A DNA stretch of 58,894 nucleotides, filler included. It is 5 parts of 5 records of this genome, joined end to end, with 100 filler letters (N's around TTAATTAATTAA, not from the genome) between each part and the next. Parts side by side here need not be neighbours in the genome. Positions count along the whole stretch, not along the records: positions 1 to 11,820 come from SRR20825010_7279; 4 more parts are not named here. One strand, 5' to 3'. The stretch's first letter is position 1. Each line of letters starts with the position of its first letter. The notes below the pieces were generated by a model. That model did not search any database. It saw nothing but the letters and a program-made list of their open reading frames with translations, and was not told where the DNA came from. Positions 1 through 9,171 of this stretch are shown piece by piece. The translations under genes were made by a program, and so were the position numbers.

Positions 1-1089
1 GTCGGCCTGCCCAATGTCGGCAAATCGACCCTCTTCAACGCCCTGACGCAGACCGCCTCCGCGCAGGCGGCCAACTACCCTTTCTGCACCATTGAGCCCA
101 ATGTGGGTGAAGTGGCCGTGCCCGATCCGCGCATGGAAGCTTTGGCCAAGATTGCAGGTAGCAAGGAAATCATCCCCACACGCCTGACCTTTGTGGACAT
201 TGCAGGCCTCGTCAAAGGCGCGTCCAAAGGCGAAGGCCTCGGCAACCAGTTCCTTGCCAATATCCGCGAAGTCGATGCCGTGGCCTATGTGCTGCGTTGC
301 TTTGTGGACGACGACATCATTCATGTCGAAAAGCGCATCGACCCGCTGGCCGACGCCGAGATCGTCGAAACCGAACTGATGCTGGCCGATCTGGAAAGCC
401 TCGAAAAGCGCGTCGTCAATTTGGAAAAGAAAGCCAAGGGTGGCGACAAGGAAGCCAAGCTTCAGGTCGAGTTGATCAATATCGCGCTGGTCTATCTACG
501 CGACGGCAAGCCTGCCCGCTTTGCCACCAATGACGGCAAGGTCAGCGACGACGACATGAAAGCATGGGAAGGGTTGAACCTTCTGACATCAAAGCCCGTG
601 CTCTATGTCTGCAATGTCGAAGAAGACTCGGCGGCCACCGGCAATGAATATTCAAAGCTTGTTGAAGAGCGCGCCAAAGCCGAAGGTGCGCAGAGCGTGG
701 TCATCTCCGCCCGCATCGAAGAAGAAGTCGCCCAGCTTCCCGACGAGGACCGCAAAGAATATCTCGAAACACTGGGCCTTGAAGAACCCGGCCTCAACCG
801 CCTGATCTTTGCAGGCTATGCGCTGCTCGACCTCATCACCTATTTCACGGTCGGCCCGAAAGAAACCCGCGCCTGGACCATCACCAAAGGCACACGCGGC
901 CCCAAGGCGGCAGGCGTCATCCATACGGATTTCGAAAAAGGCTATATCCGCGCCGAAACCATCGCCTATGCAGACTATATCGAGCTGAACGGCGAACAGG
1001 GTGCCAAGAACGCAGGCAAGGCCCGCGCCGAAGGCAAGGAATATGTCGTGCAGGATGGCGACGTGCTGCACTTCCTGTTTAATAACTGA
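1..1089 (+). CDS. ychF: Redox-regulated ATPase YchF (5' truncated by the window edge)
   Basis: Frame is open from base 1 ([11 protein letters not shown]-loop). Contains [31 protein letters not shown] and a C-terminal TGS-like IHTDFEKG...[12 protein letters not shown]. Confidence 0.97.
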   Translation, partial: VGLPNVGKSTLFNALTQTASAQAANYPFCTIEPNVGEVAVPDPRMEALAKIAGSKEIIPTRLTFVDIAGLVKGASKGEGLGNQFLANIREVDAVAYVLRCFVDDDIIHVEKRIDPLADAEIVETELMLADLESLEKRVVNLEKKAKGGDKEAKLQVELINIALVYLRDGKPARFATNDGKVSDDDMKAWEGLNLLTSKPVLYVCNVEEDSAATGNEYSKLVEERAKAEGAQSVVISARIEEEVAQLPDEDRKEYLETLGLEEPGLNRLIFAGYALLDLITYFTVGPKETRAWTITKGTRGPKAAGVIHTDFEKGYIRAETIAYADYIELNGEQGAKNAGKARAEGKEYVVQDGDVLHFLFNN

Positions 1090-1139
1090 TCCGTCTTTGA
1101 CATGATGCCTCCCAGAAAATCAAATTCAGGGAGGCACCC

Positions 1140-1817
1140 ATGTCACACAAGGGCCAGATGATCGCGCTGAAAAGCGCCGATGGCACATCCGTCGATTGCT
1201 ACCACGTGAGCGCGACAGGCACCCGCAAAGGTGGCCTCGTCCTCATCATGGAAATTTTCGGCGTCACCGACCACATCAAGGATCTCTGCGATGGCTATGC
1301 GGCACGCGGCTACGATGTCGTCTCGCCCCAGCTCTATGACCGCAAGATCAAAGGCTTCGAAGCCACCTATTCACAGGAAGACATCGAAGCATCGCTGAAA
1401 TACCGCGCTGAAATCACCACCGAGAATTTCGTCGATGACGTGCAAATGTGCGTCAACAAACTCAAAGCCGATGGCTGCGAAAAAACCTTCATCACCGGCT
1501 ATTGCTATGGCGGCTCTGTTGCTTGGGTCGCCGCCTCCCGCGTCACCGGCCTCAATGCATCATCCTGCTACTATGGCGGCATGATCAAAGGCTTCATCGA
1601 CGACAAGCCGAAAATCCCGACCATCTGCCATTTCGGCGAAAAGGATCACGGCATCCCGATGGAAGACGTCCGCGCCATCGAAGCAGCCCACCCCAATGTG
1701 CCGGTCTATGTCTATGACGCCGACCACGGCTTCAACTCCGACCGCCGCGCCAATTACGACAAGGCAGCAGCAGACCTCGCGCTGAAGCGCACGCTGGAAT
1801 TGTTTGAGAGCGTTTGA
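1140..1817 (+). CDS. Dienelactone hydrolase family protein
   Basis: EIFGV motif, nucleophile elbow GYCYGG, HFGEKD and DADHGF. SD GGGAGG upstream. Confidence 0.92.
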   Translation: MSHKGQMIALKSADGTSVDCYHVSATGTRKGGLVLIMEIFGVTDHIKDLCDGYAARGYDVVSPQLYDRKIKGFEATYSQEDIEASLKYRAEITTENFVDDVQMCVNKLKADGCEKTFITGYCYGGSVAWVAASRVTGLNASSCYYGGMIKGFIDDKPKIPTICHFGEKDHGIPMEDVRAIEAAHPNVPVYVYDADHGFNSDRRANYDKAAADLALKRTLELFESV

Positions 1818-1826
1818 CGGAAATTG

Positions 1827-1851
1827 AGGGAGGCTCCGGCCTCCCTTTTTT
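1827..1851 (+). terminator. Rho-independent terminator
   Basis: AGGGAGGC-TCCG-GCCTCCCT followed by a T run, directly after the hydrolase stop codon. Confidence 0.85.
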
Positions 1852-1862
1852 GCATCATTTCC

Positions 1863-1874
1863 ATTGCGCACAAT
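1863..1874. promoter_or_regulatory. Putative OhrR operator upstream of ohrR
   Basis: ATTGCGCACAAT, one mismatch from the ATTGTGCACAAT palindrome upstream of ohr. Confidence 0.55.
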
Positions 1875-1920
1875 TCAACGGAACACCATATACCGAGATA
1901 CAATCCCAAACGGTGCCCGC

Positions 1921-2358
1921 ATGAAAAATCCGCTGAACCCCCTGCTCCTCGATAATCAACTTTGCTTTGCGCTTTATTCGTCGTCGCATTTGATGACGAA
2001 AATTTACAAGCCGCTGCTGAAAGAGATCGGCCTCACCTACCCGCAATATCTCGCCATGCTGGCCCTGTGGGAGGAAGACAGCGTGACCGTCGGCACATTG
2101 GGCGAGAGGCTTTATCTCGACAGCGGCACGCTGACACCACTGCTCAAGCGCATGGAGACAGCTGGCCTGCTCAGCCGTGCGCGCAGCGGAGCGGACGAAC
2201 GACAGGTCTTCATCCACCTCACCGACAAAGGTCGCGCGCTCAAACGCGCTGCCACGCAGGTGCCCGCCAAAGCTGCCGCCGCGACGGGGCTTGGCGTAAT
2301 GGAACTCATCAAGCTACGGAAACAACTCACAAAATTGCAGGCGGGGCTGGCGGAGTAA
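1921..2358 (+). CDS. ohrR: MarR-family organic hydroperoxide resistance regulator OhrR
   Basis: LDNQLCFALY with the sensing Cys, LTYPQYL, LDSGTLTPLLKRME and DERQV. Adjacent to ohr. Start set at ATG 1921. Confidence 0.92.
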   Translation: MKNPLNPLLLDNQLCFALYSSSHLMTKIYKPLLKEIGLTYPQYLAMLALWEEDSVTVGTLGERLYLDSGTLTPLLKRMETAGLLSRARSGADERQVFIHLTDKGRALKRAATQVPAKAAAATGLGVMELIKLRKQLTKLQAGLAE

Positions 2359-2378
2359 GCCCTCCTCTCCTCCCACAC

Positions 2379-2463
2379 GTCTTGCCCCGGCTTGACTGGG
2401 GCATCCGCCTAAATCTCTCCAATTCCCATAAAGATTGATGGTCCGATCAAGTCGGGCCAAGGC
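2379..2463. repeat. Degenerate REP-like bipartite palindromic element
   Basis: GTCTTGCCCCGGCTTGACTGGGGCATCC ... GATGGTCCGATCAAGTCGGGCCAAGGC. Two imperfect hairpins in inverted orientation, resembling the GTCATGCCCGGGCTTGACCCGGGCATCC / GATGGCCGGGTCAAGCCCGGCCATGAC repeat type recalled from alphaproteobacteria. Confidence 0.6.
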
Positions 2464-2483
2464 GGGACTACAAATGAAATTTA

Positions 2484-2505
2484 TATTGTGCACAATACAA
2501 TTGCC
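2484..2505. promoter_or_regulatory. Putative OhrR operator upstream of ohr
   Basis: Perfect 14-bp palindrome TATTGTGCACAATA (2484-2497) overlapping ACAATACAATTG, in an AT-rich promoter region. Confidence 0.7.
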
Positions 2506-2543
2506 TACTATATATAAAGCCAACAGACACAAGGAGCCTCCCC

Positions 2544-2966
2544 ATGAAGATCCTCTATACAGCCCATGCCACCGCCACAGGCGGCCGCACAGGCGAAGCG
2601 AAATCATCCGATGGCCAGCTTTCCGTCAAACTTGTCTCGCCCAAGGAGCTTGGTGGCGCAGGTGGCGAAGGCACAAACCCCGAGCAGCTCTTTGCCGCCG
2701 GTTATGCCGCATGCTTCCTTTCGGCCTTAAAACTCGTCTCCGGCCAACAGAAAAAGCCCGTACCCGCTGACACATCCATCAGCGCCGATGTCGGCATCGG
2801 ACCGCAAGATAGCGGCGTCGGCTTCGGCCTTGCCGTGACACTCAACATTTCCATTCCGGGCATGGATGCGGCAGACGCAAAAGCGCTGGTGGACGCCACG
2901 CATCAGGTATGCCCCTATTCCAATGCCACGCGCGGCAATGTTGATGTGACCCTCAATATCGTCTGA
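2544..2966 (+). CDS. ohr: Organic hydroperoxide resistance protein Ohr
   Basis: LYTAHATATGGR, TNPEQLFAAGYAACF and VCPYSNATRGN. SD AAGGAG. Confidence 0.97.
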   Translation: MKILYTAHATATGGRTGEAKSSDGQLSVKLVSPKELGGAGGEGTNPEQLFAAGYAACFLSALKLVSGQQKKPVPADTSISADVGIGPQDSGVGFGLAVTLNISIPGMDAADAKALVDATHQVCPYSNATRGNVDVTLNIV

Positions 2967-2998
2967 CACAGATCCGACCGATCCAGCAGGAGCCGAAC

Positions 2999-3490
2999 AT
3001 GGCCAAAGACAAGAGCGCTTTCGATTTCGAATTTAACAGCCTCAAAGGCAAGCCCATGCCGCTGAGCGAATTTGCAGGCAGACCGATGATTGTGGTCAAC
3101 ACCGCCTCCAAATGCGGCTTCACCCCGCAATATGCAGGGCTAGAAGCTGTGTGGCAGCAGCACAAAACCGAAGGCCTTGTCGTGCTGGGCGTGCCGTCGA
3201 ACGATTTTGCAGGTCAGGAGCCGGGCAGTTCATCGGAAATTTCCGAATTCTGCGAGATCAATTTCGGTGTCGATTTTCCGCTGACCGAGAAAGTCCATGT
3301 CAAAGGCGGCGAGGCCCATCCCCTCTTCACATGGATCGGCAAGAATGGCGGCCTGCTCGCCAAGCCACGCTGGAATTTTTACAAATATCTGATCGGTCGC
3401 GACGGCCAGTTGAAAAACTGGTTCTCCAGTGTCACCACACCGGAAAGCGATAAATTCCAGTCTGCTGTGAAAAAACTTCTGGCAGAATAA
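2999..3490 (+). CDS. gpx: Glutathione peroxidase (Cys-type)
   Basis: VNTASKCGFTPQY, PSNDFAGQEPG and PRWNFYKYL motifs. Confidence 0.95.
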   Translation: MAKDKSAFDFEFNSLKGKPMPLSEFAGRPMIVVNTASKCGFTPQYAGLEAVWQQHKTEGLVVLGVPSNDFAGQEPGSSSEISEFCEINFGVDFPLTEKVHVKGGEAHPLFTWIGKNGGLLAKPRWNFYKYLIGRDGQLKNWFSSVTTPESDKFQSAVKKLLAE

Positions 3491-3498
3491 TCAGCACG

Positions 3499-3528
3499 CG
3501 TCTTGCGGATGTCCGCATCCGCAAGACG
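3499..3528. terminator. Perfect 13-bp hairpin between convergent genes, likely a bidirectional terminator
   Basis: CGTCTTGCGGATG-TCCG-CATCCGCAAGACG between the gpx stop and the FGE stop. No clear U tract. Confidence 0.65.
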
Positions 3529-3529
3529 A

Positions 3530-4525
3530 TTATTCCCCCGCCACAGGTGCAGGCGCATTCAGCACAGTGCGAAACCCGAGATGGCTTGTAGCGAGATCAA
3601 TATCCTGCCCCTGCCGCGCCGCTGCGCGGTAGCGCATGCAGTAATTGGGCGCACAGAGAAATGATCCGCCCTTGATCACGCGTTGTGCCTGATTGCCCTG
3701 ATAGGCGTCAGCCGTCCACTCCCAGACATTGCCGATCATGTCATACAGGCCGTATCCGTTCGGCTCATAGCAGCCTACAGGCGCAAGCCCCGCAAACCCG
3801 TCGTCAGCAGCATTCAGCACCGGAAAAATCCCCTGCCACGTATTGGCCGCCTTGGGCTGCTCATGTTCGGGCTTGCCCGCCGCGCCACCACGCGCCGCCC
3901 ACTCCCATTGCACTTCGCTGGGAATCTCTCTGCCCTTCCATGCCGCATAGGCTTTGATATCGGCATAAGTAAGATTGACGACCGGATAGGCGCCATAGCC
4001 TTTAATCGATGTCGCAGGCCCCGCCGGATGCCGCCAGTCGGCACCGGCCACATATTGCCACCACTGCGTGACATTGCCCGACCCATCAACATTGTTCGGC
4101 ATGACAAAGACCACAGCCCCGGGCACCAGCAGGTCAGGCGTCAGTCCGCCATGCTGCGTCAGATCAACGGGCTTTTCAGCCACTGTCACATAGCCGGTTT
4201 CCGCCACAAAGGCTGCGAATTCATCATTGGTCACTTCGGTCTCGTCGATCCAGAAGCCATCAACGCTGACCATGCGCATCGGGGCTTCTTCGGCATAAAC
4301 CGTATCACCCATTTCGAATGTACCGCCCGGTACATAGCGCATACCGGGATGCGGCGATGCCGCTGCCGCCTTGGCCAGCAAAGCCGGACCGCGGCACATA
4401 GCAGGCTCGGCCTTGGCCAGACGCGCCGCTTCGCGTCCGCCCGACACCCAGACAAAAAATCCGGCACCGGCCAATGCCAGAGCAATGGCCGATGCCGCTA
4501 TTGTTATGATCTTCCGAGATGCCAA
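3530..4525 (-). CDS. Formylglycine-generating enzyme (SUMF1/FGE family) with N-terminal hydrophobic anchor
   Basis: FWIDETEVTN, PSEVQWEWAARGG, NGYGLYDMIGNVWEWT and KGGSFLCAPNYCMRYRAAAR with both catalytic Cys. TTG start chosen at 4525, just after the sulfatase stop. Confidence 0.9.
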   Translation of the reverse strand: MASRKIITIAASAIALALAGAGFFVWVSGGREAARLAKAEPAMCRGPALLAKAAAASPHPGMRYVPGGTFEMGDTVYAEEAPMRMVSVDGFWIDETEVTNDEFAAFVAETGYVTVAEKPVDLTQHGGLTPDLLVPGAVVFVMPNNVDGSGNVTQWWQYVAGADWRHPAGPATSIKGYGAYPVVNLTYADIKAYAAWKGREIPSEVQWEWAARGGAAGKPEHEQPKAANTWQGIFPVLNAADDGFAGLAPVGCYEPNGYGLYDMIGNVWEWTADAYQGNQAQRVIKGGSFLCAPNYCMRYRAAARQGQDIDLATSHLGFRTVLNAPAPVAGE

Positions 4526-4526
4526 C

Positions 4527-6182
4527 TCAGTTCGCCCAATAGATGAACTCGTCATCATCCGTAATAGGCTGCCCGCCGGGATGGTCGATAGGGATCGCAC
4601 CTTCGGCGAGCATCGGCCAGCTTGGCGTGGCCTGTTCGGCATCAATGCCTTTCAGCACCTCGTTCATCGCAGCCACTTTCTCGGGCATAGCATCGGCCAA
4701 ATTGTTCTGCTCTTTCGGATCGACATTGAGATCATAGAGCCAGTTCTTCTTCGGCCTTTCAGACGTTTGCAACTTCCAGCCAGCCTCCATCAACACCTTG
4801 TAGTCGCCCGAGCGCCAGAACATCGTCTTGTGCGGTTGTCCGCTGGCTGTGCCTTCCATATAGGGCAGCAGATTGACACCATCGACCACACGGTCTGTCG
4901 GCACATCGGCACCGGCCGCCGCCGCCGCTGTCGCAAAAATATCGACATGGCCGACAGCGCCGCCAAACTTCGTTCCCTTGGGCAGCGCCGCCGGCCACTT
5001 CATGAAGTAAGGCACGCGGATACCGCCTTCAAAGAAAGTCGCCTTCCAGCCGCGATAGGGTTTGTTGATATCCGGCAAACCGATGTAATGCGCACCGCCA
5101 TTATCGCTGGTGAAGATCACAAGCGTGTTGTCGTCAATCCCCTCGTCTTTCAGCGCCTGCAGCACATGGCCCACATTGCGGTCCAGCGACCGGATCATCG
5201 CGGCATAAACCCGCAAACGGTGATCTTCGATCATCGACAATGCGTCATAGTCTTCCTGAGTTGCCTGCAAGGGTGTGTGCGGCGCATTGAATGCCAGATA
5301 CATGAAGAACGGACGGTTCTTGTTCGCCTTGATGGCTTCCACCGCCTGATCGCCCAGATAGTCGGTCATGTATTTGTCCGGCGCAAAACGCGGACCGCCA
5401 TCCTTGCTCACAGCAAATGGCAGGGCTGCCCAGAGAAATTTGTCAATCGGGTCCCAGTCCTGCCGTGCTTCCTGATAGCCCGGTGCACCGATCGGCGCAA
5501 AAAGCTGTGCCCCCATCAGAAAACCGAGTGACTCATCAAAGCCCTGCTGGTTGGGCTGCATTTCCGGCTTGTCACCCAGATGCCACTTGCCGAACATCAG
5601 CGTGTGATAACCCTTGGCCTGCAACAGCTTGCCGATGGTCACCTCGCTATGCGGCATGCCAACAGTTGAAAGATCGGGATAGTTTTTCGCATTTTCAGGA
5701 TAGTAGATTGGATCATGCGCGCCGGTCTTTGCCTCGCCCACCATCTTCATAAAAATCGGATGCGATGGCGTGAACTCATATCCAAAGCGCGTCGCATAGC
5801 GCCCCGTCATGATCGCCGCGCGTGAAGGCGCGCATGTCGCATTGCCCGCATAGCCTTGCGTCAGATCAACACCGTCATGCGCGATGGAGTCGATATTCGG
5901 TGTCGGCATGACACCGCCCGCCACACCGCCGCCATTGATTGTGAGGTCATTATAGCCAAGGTCGTCTGCCAGAATGAGGATGATATTGGGCGGCCGCTTG
6001 CCCTCCGGTGCCACGTCCGGTCCCTGCTGCCAGACCACAGGCTGGTTCGGCCCGACAGGGTCGCGCCACATCGAAACCATTTTCACAACAGCCAAAGGAT
6101 TCATCTTCGCATAAATGATCCCGCCGACAGCCACCACCGCGAGCACGGCCAGCACCGCCCCGCCCCATTTCAGAAAACGCAT
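4527..6182 (-). CDS. Cys-type arylsulfatase with N-terminal hydrophobic anchor or signal
   Basis: PNIILILADDLG, sulfatase signature CAPSRAAIMTGR, GKWHLG, FNAPHTP and TSDNGG. ATG 6182 has GGGAGG upstream. Confidence 0.93.
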   Translation of the reverse strand: MRFLKWGGAVLAVLAVVAVGGIIYAKMNPLAVVKMVSMWRDPVGPNQPVVWQQGPDVAPEGKRPPNIILILADDLGYNDLTINGGGVAGGVMPTPNIDSIAHDGVDLTQGYAGNATCAPSRAAIMTGRYATRFGYEFTPSHPIFMKMVGEAKTGAHDPIYYPENAKNYPDLSTVGMPHSEVTIGKLLQAKGYHTLMFGKWHLGDKPEMQPNQQGFDESLGFLMGAQLFAPIGAPGYQEARQDWDPIDKFLWAALPFAVSKDGGPRFAPDKYMTDYLGDQAVEAIKANKNRPFFMYLAFNAPHTPLQATQEDYDALSMIEDHRLRVYAAMIRSLDRNVGHVLQALKDEGIDDNTLVIFTSDNGGAHYIGLPDINKPYRGWKATFFEGGIRVPYFMKWPAALPKGTKFGGAVGHVDIFATAAAAAGADVPTDRVVDGVNLLPYMEGTASGQPHKTMFWRSGDYKVLMEAGWKLQTSERPKKNWLYDLNVDPKEQNNLADAMPEKVAAMNEVLKGIDAEQATPSWPMLAEGAIPIDHPGGQPITDDDEFIYWAN

Positions 6183-6328
6183 TCCATCCTCCCAGCCCGC
6201 CTGTCGACATCGCAACAGTTTAATGGTTATCATTAGAAGAATAGCGCGCCTCAGTTTTGGTTGCAACTATTCGCATGGGCGATAGGCTGCGTTATGTGAA
6301 AACCTGCAACCAGACAAGGGACAAGCCA

Positions 6329-6847
6329 TTGAAAAAGCTCGCAATATTTTGCCTCACTATGCTGATGCTCTCTGGCTGTGTCAGCAAATACAAAGCCCTT
6401 TCGGTGGAGAAGCCAAGTTCCAAATTGGCAGTACAGTCCGTCATCTACGTCATCCAGCCGACAGACGGTCAGTACTACGGAAAACCCTATCCCGGTTCAG
6501 GTGTGGCAACGGCACAAGCACTTCAAATGGCATTTGCTCCGTATACAGAAAAAACTGTTATAGGCAACAAAGTGGAAGATTTGGCCGAAGGCTTTGCGCA
6601 AGCTCGCGAACATGGCGCGACATATCTTGTCGAAACGCAAATTCTGAACTGGGAAGACCGCATTACCGAGTGGTCGGGAATCCCCGACAAAATCGCAATG
6701 AAATACACTGCCTATGATGTCGGCACCGAAAAGCAGGTTGCGTCAATAACATCCAAAGCAAGCAGCAAATGGGCAACCCTTGGTGGAGACCACCCACAGG
6801 ATCTTCTTCCGCTGACGAGCAAGGAATTCGCAGACATCCTGTTTTAG
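6329..6847 (+). CDS. Putative lipoprotein (DUF4823-like)
   Basis: Lipobox LMLSGC after a basic/hydrophobic leader (TTG start at 6329). WEDRITEWSGIPD and KWATLGGDHPQDLL resemble DUF4823. Confidence 0.7.
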   Translation: MKKLAIFCLTMLMLSGCVSKYKALSVEKPSSKLAVQSVIYVIQPTDGQYYGKPYPGSGVATAQALQMAFAPYTEKTVIGNKVEDLAEGFAQAREHGATYLVETQILNWEDRITEWSGIPDKIAMKYTAYDVGTEKQVASITSKASSKWATLGGDHPQDLLPLTSKEFADILF

Positions 6848-6861
6848 AAAAAAACGGGCAA

Positions 6862-7521
6862 CTAGTGCTGCGTCTGCCCATAGGCATGGAACTTGGCGAC
6901 ATTGATCGCCATTTCCGTGTCTGACAGCAACTCGGGCTCACCAATCTGCAAGGCGCGCCAATATTGTCCGGCCAGCACCTCCACCTCATGCGCCAGCTTC
7001 AACGCTTCGGTCAGGTCACTGCCAAAAGCGATCTGCCCGTGATGCGCCAACAGACAGGCTTTGCGATCTTTCAGCGCCGCCACCGCATGACGTCCAAGCT
7101 CCGCCGTGCCGAAGGTCGCATATTCGGCACAGCGGATATCCGCTCCCCCCAGCAGCGCCACCATGTAATGGAACGGCGGTATCCGCCGCCGCATCACCGC
7201 CAGCGAAACCGCATGGTCGGAATGGGCATGCACAATGGCTTGCGCTTCCGGTCGCGCTTCATAGATCGCGGCATGCATATGCCACTCGCTTGACGGCGCG
7301 CGCTCGCCATCCAGCACCTTTCCATCCAGCGAAAGCAGCACAATGTCGTCGGGCAGAAGGTCGTGATAATTCATGCCTGTGGGCGTAATCAGCATGTCGC
7401 CGCCAAACCGCATCGACACATTGCCAGATTGCTGCGGACTGAGGCCGGTGCGTTCCAGATCCAGCGCCGTATCAATCACGCTTTGACGCGCCCAGATTTC
7501 GTCGCCCTGATCGTCAACCAC
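6862..7521 (-). CDS. Class II aldolase/adducin family protein; putative 5-methylthioribulose/5-deoxyribulose-1-phosphate aldolase (Ald2-like)
   Basis: [23 protein letters not shown] and LLAHHGQI motifs (FucA-like). GTG start at 7521 overlaps the mtnA stop. Confidence 0.85.
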   Translation of the reverse strand: MVDDQGDEIWARQSVIDTALDLERTGLSPQQSGNVSMRFGGDMLITPTGMNYHDLLPDDIVLLSLDGKVLDGERAPSSEWHMHAAIYEARPEAQAIVHAHSDHAVSLAVMRRRIPPFHYMVALLGGADIRCAEYATFGTAELGRHAVAALKDRKACLLAHHGQIAFGSDLTEALKLAHEVEVLAGQYWRALQIGEPELLSDTEMAINVAKFHAYGQTQH

Positions 7522-8611
7522 GTGCAAACTCCGGATAGAGCGCCGCCAGCCCTGCACGGCTTGCCGTCGCCACACCGCGTTCGGTGACGAGGCCGGTGAC
7601 GTACTTCGCAGGCGTCACATCGAAACCATAATTGGCCGCACCACTGCCCGGTGCCGAGATCTGCACCGTCACGATATCGCCCTTGTCCGAACGACCGGTC
7701 ATATGGGTCACTTCTTCGGCAGCGCGCTGCTCGATCGGGATTTCTGCCACACCATCGCTCAAAGTCCAGTCGATAGTCGTATAAGGCAGTGCCACATAGA
7801 AAGGCACATCATTGGCATGCGCCGCCAGCGCCTTTAGATAAGTGCCGATCTTGTTGGCCACATCGCCCTGCGCCGTCGTGCGGTCCGTGCCCACAATACA
7901 CATATCCACCTGCCCGTGCTGCATCAGATGCCCGCCCGCATTATCGGGAATGATCGTATGCGGAACACCATGACGCCCCAGCTCGAATGCCGTCAGCGAT
8001 GCGCCCTGATTGCGTGGCCGCGTCTCGTCCACCCACACATGCACAGGGATACCCTCATCATGCGCCATATAGATCGGGGCCAGTGCCGTGCCCCAGTCCA
8101 CACAAGCCAGCCAGCCCGCATTGCAATGGGTCAGCAGGTTCACCACTTGGCCGGGCTTGGCGTCGGCAATAGAACGAATGATCGCCAGTCCATGCATACC
8201 GATCTGCCGGCAGATTTCCACATCGTCATCACAAATTTTTGCAGCCCGCGCATAGGCCGCTGCCACACGCGCGTCAGGGACCAGCGGCATCACCGCCTCA
8301 ACCATCGCATCAAGCGCCCACTTCAGATTGATCGCGGTCGGCCGCGTTGCCGCCAGCATGTCATAGGCCGCCTTCACGGACGCGTCGGATGCATCCACGC
8401 GCAACGCCATGCAAAACCCGTAGGCCGCTGTCGCACCGATCAGCGGTGCACCGCGCACCACCATGTCCTTGATCGCGCGCGCCGCATCATCGGCGGAGGC
8501 CAGCCGCATCGTCTCGAACGCATGCGGCAGCTTCAACTGATCGATCACTTCGACAGACCAGCCATCTTCATTCACCCAGATCGTGCGGTAATGCGTGCCG
8601 TCGATTTTCAT
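7514..8611 (-). CDS. mtnA: S-methyl-5-thioribose-1-phosphate isomerase
   Basis: [36 protein letters not shown] and NKIGTY motifs. Confidence 0.96.
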   Translation of the reverse strand: MKIDGTHYRTIWVNEDGWSVEVIDQLKLPHAFETMRLASADDAARAIKDMVVRGAPLIGATAAYGFCMALRVDASDASVKAAYDMLAATRPTAINLKWALDAMVEAVMPLVPDARVAAAYARAAKICDDDVEICRQIGMHGLAIIRSIADAKPGQVVNLLTHCNAGWLACVDWGTALAPIYMAHDEGIPVHVWVDETRPRNQGASLTAFELGRHGVPHTIIPDNAGGHLMQHGQVDMCIVGTDRTTAQGDVANKIGTYLKALAAHANDVPFYVALPYTTIDWTLSDGVAEIPIEQRAAEEVTHMTGRSDKGDIVTVQISAPGSGAANYGFDVTPAKYVTGLVTERGVATASRAGLAALYPEFARG

Positions 8612-8629
8612 GCGCGCCTTTCGCTCCGG

Positions 8630-9157
8630 TTAGTGCCCGTCATAAGCACAGAGAGACAGAACTTCAATATCGAGTGCTTCCAAACGCTCGCGGCCACCCA
8701 GATCGGGCAACTCGATCACGAAACTTGCGGCCATCACATTGCCGCCTGCCCGCGTGATGAGTTTCACAGCCGCTTCCGCCGTACCACCCGTTGCAATCAG
8801 ATCGTCGATCAGCAACACGCGTGCATCTTTCCCGATAGCGTCGGTGTGGATTTCAACAACATCCGTGCCGTATTCCAGATCATATTCCTGTGACATGGTC
8901 TCGAAAGGCAGCTTGCCCTTCTTGCGCACAGGAATGAACCCCTTGCCCAGCTGATGCGCCACCGCGCCACCCAGAATGAAACCGCGCGCCTCGATGCCAG
9001 CCACCACATCGAATTGCGCCCCCTCATGCAGGGCCACAAGCGCATCAATGGCCATTCGAAATCCTTCCGCATCGCTCAGCAGCGTCGTGATATCGCGAAA
9101 CAGGATTCCGTCTTTGGGATAATCAGGAATGGTGCGGATGAATTTCTTCAAAGGCAT
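8630..9157 (-). CDS. apt: Adenine phosphoribosyltransferase
   Basis: IPDYPKDGILFRDIT, EARGFI, RKKGKLP, LEYG and PRPP motif LIDDLIATGGT. Confidence 0.97.
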   Translation of the reverse strand: MPLKKFIRTIPDYPKDGILFRDITTLLSDAEGFRMAIDALVALHEGAQFDVVAGIEARGFILGGAVAHQLGKGFIPVRKKGKLPFETMSQEYDLEYGTDVVEIHTDAIGKDARVLLIDDLIATGGTAEAAVKLITRAGGNVMAASFVIELPDLGGRERLEALDIEVLSLCAYDGH

Positions 9158-9171
9158 TTGTCGTCAGCCCC

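Noticed and set aside
3683..5531. Long antisense ORFs (for example 3683-4546, 4371-5531, 7916-8893, 10117-11115, 17469-18497, 56303-57604)
   Set aside because: Shadow ORFs opposite well-supported genes, with no recognisable motifs.
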